64,000 nt of DNA from an uncultured Acidimicrobiales bacterium. GTDB taxonomy: Bacteria > Actinomycetota > Acidimicrobiia > Acidimicrobiales > SZUA-35. A program made the position numbers and the translations under genes. Under the pieces are notes generated by a model. That model saw only the letters and a list, made by a program, of their open reading frames with translations. It was not told the origin of the DNA and did no database searches. The stretch is taken from contig CAVOQQ010000003.1 of NCBI GenBank assembly GCA_963698395.1, positions 713,267 through 777,266 of the forward strand, in the 5' to 3' direction. The first letter of the stretch is position 1; the number at the start of each line of letters is the position of its first letter. Shown piece by piece: positions 59,300 to 64,000 of this stretch.

Positions 59300-60192
59300 C
59301 CGACTTCCTCCAGCTCTGCTTTGCCGGCATCGCCCTCGGCGCCCGCTACGCCCTGGTGGCACTCGGGTTCGTGGTGGTCCACCGAGCCACCGGCGTCATC
59401 AACTTCGCACAGGGCTCGATCGTTGCCCTCGGTGCATACCTGACGTTCAACGCTCACCAGACGTGGGGCCTTCCGTTCCTTCCTGCTGCCATGCTCGGCA
59501 TCGCGGCGACGGCTGCGGTCGGGCTGATCGTGGAGCGAGTGCTGCTTCGTCGAATGTCGGGCCAACCGGTGTTCTCCGTCATCATGATCACCATCGGGCT
59601 CCTGTTCGTCATCGACCAGGTGATCACGATGATCTGGGGTCAAGACGCGCAGAATCTCGGCGACCCTTGGGGGATCGACACCGTCGTGGTCGGTGACATC
59701 GTCATGGCGGTCGTCGACCTCTGGGCCATCGCCCTTGCGTTCGTCGTCGTGCTCCTGTTCTTCATCTTCTTCCGCTACAGCGGGACAGGGCTCGCCATGC
59801 GGGCGGTTGCCATCGACGAGGAAGCAGCGATGGCGCGTGGCATCTCGGTTCGTCGGGTGGTGGCAACGGCCTGGGCCATCTCCGGAGCGGTTGCTGCTGT
59901 TGCCGGCATCACGCTCGCCTCCGGCCCCGCTGCCCTCCGACCCTCGGTCGGCCTCATTGCCCTGGCGGCCTTCCCAGCAATGATCCTCGGGGGCCTCGAT
60001 TCGCCGCTCGGGGCAATCCTTGGTGGGTTCATCATCGGTCTCACCCAGACGTTGACGGCGGGCTATCAGCCGACACATGCAAGCTGGCTCGGCCAGGACT
60101 TCCAATCGGTCACGCCCTATGTGGTGATGATCCTGATCTTGATGGTCCGCCCGTACGGGCTCTTCGGAACGAAAGAGGTGGAACGGCTGTGA
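59296..60192 (+). CDS. branched-chain-amino-acid-type ABC permease (LivH-like)
   Basis: 298 aa polytopic protein, MTDFLQLCFAGIALGARYALVALGFVVVHRATGVINFAQG. Confidence 0.92.
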   Translation: MTDFLQLCFAGIALGARYALVALGFVVVHRATGVINFAQGSIVALGAYLTFNAHQTWGLPFLPAAMLGIAATAAVGLIVERVLLRRMSGQPVFSVIMITIGLLFVIDQVITMIWGQDAQNLGDPWGIDTVVVGDIVMAVVDLWAIALAFVVVLLFFIFFRYSGTGLAMRAVAIDEEAAMARGISVRRVVATAWAISGAVAAVAGITLASGPAALRPSVGLIALAAFPAMILGGLDSPLGAILGGFIIGLTQTLTAGYQPTHASWLGQDFQSVTPYVVMILILMVRPYGLFGTKEVERL

Positions 60193-61302
60193 CTGCCATC
60201 GCTCGGCGCCGCGATTCGGCGAACTCTGGAATGCTCCAGGGCCAACTCGACAGTGTGGCGCTGTGGCGCTCCGGCTGGCGTCGGGCGGCCTTGGTGGTCG
60301 GCCTGGCCATCTACGTGTTCGCACCCATGGTGCTCTCCGACTTCCAGCTGTCGGTGATCGACTACGCAGGGATCGCCGCCATCGGCGCACTCGGACTGAA
60401 CGTGCTCACCGGCTACACCGGTCAGATCTCGCTCGGCCATGGCTTCTTCCTCGGCGCCGGCGCCTACACCGCTGCCTACGTCGGCAGCGAGCTCGATCTC
60501 CCCATGCCGGTGTGGCTCCTGGCCGCGGCGGCGATCGGCGCCGCAGTCGGACTCCTGATCGGGCCGTTCGCGCTTCGGCTGCGAGGCAGCTACCTGGCCA
60601 TCATCACCCTCGGGACGGTGTTCATCGGGCAACACATCTTCGAGAACTGGGACAGCGTGACCGGTGGACTGAACGGCATCAACGTCTCGGCTCCGGTGGC
60701 GCTGGGGCCGATCAGATTTTGCCGCCTTGAGTATCGGCGGACGCGAGTTCAGTCGCGAGGGTGGCTACTTCTACCTCATCTGGGCCTCGGTCGCCGTGGT
60801 CGCCCTGCTCGTGAAGAATCTGATGCGGACCAGGCTGGGGCGCGCCTTCCAGGCGGTTCGCGACCGAGATGCGGCCGCCGAGGTGATCGGGGTCCGCCTG
60901 GCTCGGACCAAGGTCATGTCGTTCATGATCTCGAGCTCACTTGCTGCACTCGCCGGGGCGCTCTACGGCTCGTTCCAACGCTTCGTCAACCCCGAGGAGT
61001 TCGGGCTCTTCCTCTCGATCGAGTACGTCGCCATGATCGTCATCGGCGGAGCGGCAACGGTCTACGGCCCGATCCTCGGCGCGCTCTTCATCACCACGGT
61101 TCCCTTCCTGATCGAGGAGTGGAGCGACCGCATCCCCGGCGTCGCCACCGAGGCCGGGGAATCGGGCATCACGGTCTTCGCACTCAACCAGGCACTGTTC
61201 GGCTTGTTGATCATCGGGTTCCTGATCATCGAGCCGCGTGGCTTGGCCGCCCTGTGGATGCGGATTCGTGTCTACTTCGCTGCTTGGCCGTTCTCCTACT
61301 GA
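60189..61302 (+). pseudogene. branched-chain-amino-acid-type ABC permease (LivM-like), apparent 1-nt frameshift near 60714
   Basis: Frame 0 reads ...GQISLGHGFFLGAGAY...TGGLNGINVSAPVALGPI and then nonsense. ORF 60727..61302 (+1 frame) carries the rest (…FYLIWASV…LGRAFQAVRDRDAAAEVIGV…). Deleting one A in ATCAGATTTT restores PIDFAALSIGG. Confidence 0.85.
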
Positions 61303-61326
61303 TTCCTCGAAGCAAAGGACAATGAC

Positions 61327-62718
61327 ATGAGACGACAACCGAACGATCCCGTGCGGCGGTTCGCCGCCATCCTCTTCGCCCTGGGCCTGCTGGCCGCCTC
61401 CTGCGGAGGCAGTAGCGATGCGTCCTCAGGCGATGACGCCGGCGATGACACCACCAGCGCGGCGGGAAGCGACGATGCCGGCAGCGATGACGGTGACGAC
61501 ACAGGCAGCGATGATGGAGACAGCAATGGTGGTGACAGCGGCGGTGGCGAACTCACCGCCGGTCCCGGCTTCGATGGCACGACGATCAAGGTCGGCGTGA
61601 TGTCGGCATTGAGCGGGCCGACCGCAGTCATCGGGACCCAACTGGCCGCGGGCCAGCAGGTCTACTTCGACTATCTGAATGCCGAAGAGGGCGGCGTCGC
61701 CGGGATGTACCCGATCGAGATCGTCCTCGAAGACCACCAGTACGACACGGCAGCAACGGTGCAGAAGTACGGCAAGATCAAAGACGACGTCGTGATGTTC
61801 TCCCAGATCATGGGAACGCCCTCGGTGTTCGCCGCCCTGCCGCTGTTGGCCGAGGACAACATCGTTGCCTCGCCGGCGAGCCAAGATGCCTTCTGGGTTC
61901 GCGAGCAGTACCTGATGCCGGTCATCGAGCCCTACCAGGTCGACGTGATCAACGCGATCGCGTACTACCTGGGTGATGGTGGCGGATCGACCGACGACAC
62001 GATCTGTGCCGTGATCCAGAACGACCTGTACGGCGAGGCAGGCCTCGAGGGCCTCGAGTTCGCTGCGGCCGAGTTCGGCTTCGAGATCGCCGCGGTGACC
62101 CGTTACGGCGCAGGCGATCAGGCCTTCACTGCTCAGGTCACCGAGCTCGTCAACGCCGAGTGCGACATGGTCTGGGCCACGGCCCTGCCGACGGAGTTCG
62201 GCGGCATCCTCGGCACCGCAGCGCAGTCGGGTTTCACGCCTCGCTGGATCGCTCAGTCGCCATCGTGGATCGATGCGCTGGCGGCGACGCCGCTGGCCGA
62301 CTACCTCGAGGCCTATGTCTGGGTCGCGGCGCTCGGTAGGGAGTGGGGCGACCCCGATTCCGCCGACATGACCGCCATGGTCGAGCGTGTCGCCAAGTAC
62401 AAGCCGGACCAGGATCCGAGCTACTACTTCACGTTTGGCTACATCCAGGCGTGGGCGACCCATCAGGTGCTCGAGGCAGCCGTTGCCAACGGCGACTTGA
62501 GCAGGGATGGAATCCTCGCCGCCATGAACGGGCTCGATGAGCTGAACTTCGGCGACCTCGGGCCGGCCTATGGATTCGGTTCGCCTGAGGACCGCAACCC
62601 GCCGAGGTTCACCACGATGTTCGAGGTCGACGTCGAAAAGCCGTTCGCCCTTGGGGCCATTGCCACCGACGTCACGTCGCCGGCGACCGAGGCTTTCGAG
62701 TTCGTCGCTGCCGGCTGA
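61327..62718 (+). CDS. ABC transporter substrate-binding lipoprotein (Leu/Ile/Val-binding-protein family fold)
   Basis: Lipobox LLAASCGG, an acidic Ser/Asp/Gly linker, then IKVGVMSALSGPTAVIG... Confidence 0.9.
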   Translation: MRRQPNDPVRRFAAILFALGLLAASCGGSSDASSGDDAGDDTTSAAGSDDAGSDDGDDTGSDDGDSNGGDSGGGELTAGPGFDGTTIKVGVMSALSGPTAVIGTQLAAGQQVYFDYLNAEEGGVAGMYPIEIVLEDHQYDTAATVQKYGKIKDDVVMFSQIMGTPSVFAALPLLAEDNIVASPASQDAFWVREQYLMPVIEPYQVDVINAIAYYLGDGGGSTDDTICAVIQNDLYGEAGLEGLEFAAAEFGFEIAAVTRYGAGDQAFTAQVTELVNAECDMVWATALPTEFGGILGTAAQSGFTPRWIAQSPSWIDALAATPLADYLEAYVWVAALGREWGDPDSADMTAMVERVAKYKPDQDPSYYFTFGYIQAWATHQVLEAAVANGDLSRDGILAAMNGLDELNFGDLGPAYGFGSPEDRNPPRFTTMFEVDVEKPFALGAIATDVTSPATEAFEFVAAG

Positions 62719-62799
62719 GCAGCAGCTCCGCCAGCTCGGTACGACTTCGACGCTGGATCAGCGAGAGCCTGGATTGGGCGACCGCTCGTCGAGAACACG

Positions 62800-62850
62800 T
62801 TGACCTTGACCTTCTTGACCTCTATCCTCGAGGGTCAAGGAGGTCAAGGC
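62800..62850. promoter_or_regulatory. imperfect palindrome of TTGACC/GGTCAA repeats overlapping the antitoxin RBS (candidate operator/promoter)
   Basis: TTGACC at 62800, 62806 and 62815, facing GGTCAA at 62833 and 62842. The arms CCTTGACCTTCTTGACCTC and GAGGGTCAAGGAGGTCAAGG are near reverse complements. Confidence 0.5.
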
Positions 62851-63351
62851 ATGAGTGCCACCGGATGGATCGATGACGCAGCTGCGGCGTTCGAGTCTGC
62901 GCTCACTGAGCTGCTCGGTGAGCGCCGCCCCCACCTCGACGCCGCCGAGGCCGGCCGAAGGGCTGCCCTGAAGGCCGTGGCCGGCGGCATGTGGACCGAC
63001 GCCGTCGGTCCGTTCTACGACACCGTGGGGGTCATGACCCTGCTGGGAGGGGTGTCCAAGCAGGCGGTCAACGATCGAGTTCGCCGTCATCGGCTCCTGG
63101 CGTTGCGCACCGGGTCGGGTCGCCTGGTCTATCCCGTCGCCCAGTTCGACGGTGAACGGGTGGTCGACGGGCTCAGCGATGTCCTCGACGTGCTCGTTCC
63201 CGATGACACCGAGGCCTGGATGGTGGCGTCGTGGTTGACCACGCCCGATCCCGAACTCGCTGGGCACACCCCACTCGAGGCTTTGCGCTCGGGTGAGCGA
63301 ACCGAGGTGGTCCGCGCCGCACGCGAGCTCTCGAGCGCACTGAGGGGCTGA
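62851..63351 (+). CDS. Xre/MbcA/ParS-type antitoxin (DUF2384-like C-terminal domain)
   Basis: The ATG follows AAGGAGG. HTH-like LLGGVSKQAVNDRVRRHRL. C-terminal WLTTPDPELAGHTPLEALRSGERTEVVRAAREL. Confidence 0.72.
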   Translation: MSATGWIDDAAAAFESALTELLGERRPHLDAAEAGRRAALKAVAGGMWTDAVGPFYDTVGVMTLLGGVSKQAVNDRVRRHRLLALRTGSGRLVYPVAQFDGERVVDGLSDVLDVLVPDDTEAWMVASWLTTPDPELAGHTPLEALRSGERTEVVRAARELSSALRG

Positions 63352-63354
63352 CCC

Positions 63355-63993
63355 GTGATCGACCTCGATCTGGCTGAGCCCCCCGACGACCCGCAGGTGC
63401 TTGCTCGCTTCCCGACTCGGACGCTCAGAACGGGCACGGCGATCCATCGCATCCATCACGACGAACTCGGGCCCTTCTGGTTCGGCTCGTCGGCAGTCGA
63501 CGCCGAGGGCGCCAGCCGCTTCGACCTCGCCACGCCGCGGGGTTCGTCCTACTGGGCGTTGCAGCCCGAAGCGGCGTTCCTCGAACGCCTGGCCCGACGA
63601 CCGGCGGCGATGCTGCCGCTCGAGCTGCTCGATCGCTTCCATCTGTCCACGGTCGATCTCCCCGATGACTTGACGGTTGCCAACAGCCCGGTGAAACGGG
63701 CTCGAGGTTTCGGCCTCACGGCGGAGTTCCACACCACGAGCCACTACCCGATCACCCGCCGCTGGGCCACTGCCCTTGCGTCGTCGGGCCATCGCGGCCT
63801 CCTTGCGATCCCCCGTCACGACGTGACGGCGCGGCTTCGCACCCTCACGCTGTTCGGCCGCGGTGGTGAGCATCGGCCGCGTGGATGGAACGCGGTCACC
63901 GGTCCGCTGCCTACTTCGCTGCTCGATTCGATGCGCCAGTGGGGTATTCGTTGCCTGCCGATTCCCTTCGACGTGGAGACCGTTGCGCCGTAG
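63355..63993 (+). CDS. RES domain-containing toxin candidate
   Basis: 212 aa lying 3 nt after the antitoxin stop. GASRFDLATPRGSSYWALQPEAAFLE carries the Arg and Glu of the RES signature. The third (Ser) position is not obvious (…LLAIPRHD…). Confidence 0.7.
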   Translation: MIDLDLAEPPDDPQVLARFPTRTLRTGTAIHRIHHDELGPFWFGSSAVDAEGASRFDLATPRGSSYWALQPEAAFLERLARRPAAMLPLELLDRFHLSTVDLPDDLTVANSPVKRARGFGLTAEFHTTSHYPITRRWATALASSGHRGLLAIPRHDVTARLRTLTLFGRGGEHRPRGWNAVTGPLPTSLLDSMRQWGIRCLPIPFDVETVAP

Positions 63994-64000
63994 CCGAGCT

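Noticed and set aside
57452-59362. 636-aa minus-strand ORF
   Set aside because: It is antisense to the clearly motif-bearing acyl-CoA ligase gene, so it is a shadow ORF.

Overview
High-GC (~65-70%) chromosomal segment with the gene order typical of Actinomycetota around the replication origin. Lineage cannot be fixed from sequence alone. One arm, mostly on the minus strand, carries dnaB, the rpsF-ssb-rpsR-rplI ribosomal cluster, a class A PBP, cca, an ECF sigma/anti-sigma pair, trxB-trxA, parB-parA with a perfect parS, then rsmG-jag-yidC-yidD-rnpA-rpmH. The other arm, on the plus strand, carries dnaA-[DnaA-box region]-dnaN-recF-DUF721(dciA-like)-gyrB-gyrA-DUF3566-tRNA-Ile. From about 40.5 kb the content becomes accessory:
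- a FliA/WhiG-type sigma factor
- rpmB-rpmG
- an M23 peptidase
- a MauE/MauD-like redox operon around a Tat-exported protein with about two dozen cysteines
- cupin, DoxX and DUF1905 genes
- a Liv-type ABC importer with an embedded acyl-CoA ligase
- an Xre-RES toxin-antitoxin pair

The most notable observations:
1. The last gene of the Mau-like operon has an in-frame TGA between a TM-helix-like 24-codon ORF and the main ORF, with a hairpin just downstream. This could be selenocysteine, a nonsense mutation or a base error.
2. The Mau-like operon has no dehydrogenase heavy chain or MauG in the window.
3. A 1.4 kb stretch between parS and rsmG has no convincing ORF and contains short tandem and G-rich repeats.
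4. Three genes (anti-sigma, DoxX-like, LivM-like) need a 1-nt frame change to read through. This implies assembly indels or gene decay and weakens any claim that rests on a single base.
5. The conserved N-terminus of the ECF sigma lies upstream of any canonical start codon.
6. A pair of DnaA boxes sits about 18 kb from dnaA.

All family assignments come from motifs read in the translations and from conserved gene order. No database search was run.
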